In this document: piece after piece, positions 62,501-64,000 of the stretch
Layout of the letters: the number at the start of each line of letters is the position of its first letter
Numbering within the stretch: position 1 is the first letter of the stretch
Made by a program: the position numbers and the translations under genes
The notes under the pieces: model-generated
Database searches by the model: none
Seen by the model: only the letters and a program-made list of their open reading frames with translations
What the model was told of the DNA's origin: nothing
DNA from: Spongospora subterranea f. sp. subterranea
Lineage: Eukaryota
DNA: 64,000 nt
Direction of reading: 5' to 3'
Assembly: GCA_049724395.1 (NCBI GenBank)
Contig: JAUGWO010000115.1
Coordinates: 62,001 to 126,000, forward strand

Positions 62501-64000
62501 GATCCCCACCTCATTATCATCGCCATCTTCCCCTTCACAACCATCACCATCTTCCCCTTCACAACCATCACCATCTCGTCATTTGTTTGTTGAACGTGCT
62601 GTTTGTTATCAATTCATTGACAATGTGCTGCCCCTTGAACAGACCCGGCCGGGGCGAAATCGGCCGAGAACCAGCCGTATCTGTGTCTGCCGTGTCCGAT
62701 CGGTGGCGATTGTGACACAATCTCTGGGAAGTCGTTCGAGACGGTTCTGGCCAAGGACACATATCAGGCTGAAGTTAGCGGCCTGAATCGCAGCTTTATC
62801 CCATGTCTGAACCCAGATCAATGTGTCTATGGTCTCCCATATGGGCAATGTAAATTGGGTAATGTCGATATCGCCATGTCCCTCGGGATCGTTTCCTGAA
62901 CAATGACCGACCGACCCTGTGGTCAACAGAGGCGTTCACCGGTCATCTCTGCACAACCTGTACAGCAGGATACGGGCGCAATGGCGAGTTTGGCTGCAAT
63001 AAATGCCCATCGCCCGAGGCGAATCGCCTTTATCTGACGGCGGCGGTATTTGTCGGGGTGTTCCTGATCGCGTTCATGGTGGTGTCAGCGATGCAAGCGT
63101 CATCACAACCTAAGGCGGTCCACAGTATTCTCATCAAGATCATCATGAGCAGTATTCAGGTGCGGTCCATATCTTCGCCACTATTCGTTCGATCTCTCTG
63201 ACACACGTTCGTGTCGATTCAAAGTTTAACTCGTTGGCGTTGTCGTTCGACTATCAATGGCCATCTCAGATCAGCAGTGGTCTTCAAACCCAGAAAACGG
63301 TCAGAGCTCCTTGTTCACAGTATCAAAACGTTTGTGGATTTTTGATTGGCGTTTTGTTGGTGCGATTAGATGACATCGGTTGGGCAATCGATCTTATCCG
63401 TTGACTGTTTCATGTCGACCGAATCCCAAACCAGCCCGTTCTACATTCAATCGCTGCTGTTCATGCTGTTGCCGGTCATGATCGCGGTCGGGCCTCTTCT
63501 CGTCATCACCCCGTTCTACTTTTACAATCGCCTCGTCCGCCATTCCCAACGTACTCAACGACAAGTCTCATCCAGTCGCAAACCGATCTAAATGTTGTTG
63601 CAGACGCGTGGACAGACGCCAAAGATCAGTACATCACCAGTGTTGTTGTCGGCCTGTTCGTCGTTCATCCGAACATCGTCCAGCAATCGATGAAGCTATT
63701 CAATTGCAAGAGTCTGGCGTCACAACCTGGACATCTCTATCTTGTGGCCGATCTACGCCAACAGTGTTGGGCACCCAGAACACACCAAATGGGCCATGCT
63801 CGTTGGTCTGCCAAGTCGGGAACATTGTTGATATCGCCCGGGTTTCCGTTGAGTTCTTACGATGATGGTTTTGACTTGTAGTGGTGATCGCCTATGTTGT
63901 TGGTATTCCTGTCGCCGCCCTGATCCTACTGCGGTTGAACCGATCGCAATTAGACACGGTCAAGATGAAGATGCGATGTGAGTAGCAGAACACAGATGAA
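53595..64000 (+). CDS. Giant cell-surface receptor/adhesin-like protein (signal peptide, Thr-rich stalk, CUB domains, Ig/cadherin-like repeats, Pmp-like beta-helix, Cys-rich repeats, multi-TM); 3'-partial
   Basis: Exon 1 53595-53693 MAMGLPNGSGLTLIFVLLSSCVLS; intron 53694-53740. CUB signature SGSITHFNY..WRL..FDVE..CSYDYV..LCG..FHSDSSVTKGGF. Repeated FxxN/GGA(I/M/L) at ~60500-61600; C.PG.YQ...GQ..CKPC.PG.YS repeats at ~62250. Hydrophobic helices from ~63020 with LSVDC, KLFNC and YLVADL..QCW motifs. Confidence 0.85.
53762..54195 (+). repeat. 30-bp coding minisatellite (VTTHPVTT[Q/P]A)n, ~14 units
   Basis: gcggtaacaacacacccggtgacaac(g/t)c(a/c)a tandem units; one unit has an extra G at 53989-53991. 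Confidence 0.95.
56902..56924. repeat. (TG)n microsatellite at the 3' end of an intron
   Basis: tgtgtg... immediately before the tttgcag acceptor. Confidence 0.9.

Overview
Eukaryotic, not prokaryotic, DNA. It has short GT-AG introns, a fused DHFR-TS gene and basal-body genes, which points to a flagellated bikont protist; a plasmodiophorid-like parasite is plausible but is inference only. The window has three parts. (1) A ~25-kb central block (9.3-34.5 kb) holds housekeeping genes (BBOF1-like, mitochondrial Era, FOP/CEP43-like, YML020W-like hydrolase, REEP/TB2-DP1, DHFR-TS, phosducin-like PhLP1) plus small DNA-transposon relics. (2) That block is bracketed by a large imperfect inverted duplication (left arm ~1397-9274, right arm ~34498-47728). 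The right arm carries two extra insertions whose empty sites are visible in the left arm: a chromodomain Gypsy element with 5-bp TSD and a Mutator-like TIR element with 9-bp TSD. Each arm encodes a member of a secreted-protein family I do not recognise, built from ~208-aa tandem modules; a third, single-module member lies just inside the right arm. Module number and type differ between copies, and a short variable patch sits in otherwise near-identical repeats. This candidate modular effector system is the main finding. (3) Beyond the right arm are a 57-bp satellite, a ~3.5-kb decayed apparently intronless ORF with possible RdRp-like motifs, and a >10-kb gene for a giant surface receptor (signal peptide, Thr-rich mucin stalk, CUB domains, Pmp-like beta-helix, Cys-rich repeats, multi-TM) that runs off the window. 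Several single-base frameshifts suggest residual long-read errors. Identity figures are eyeballed, not computed.
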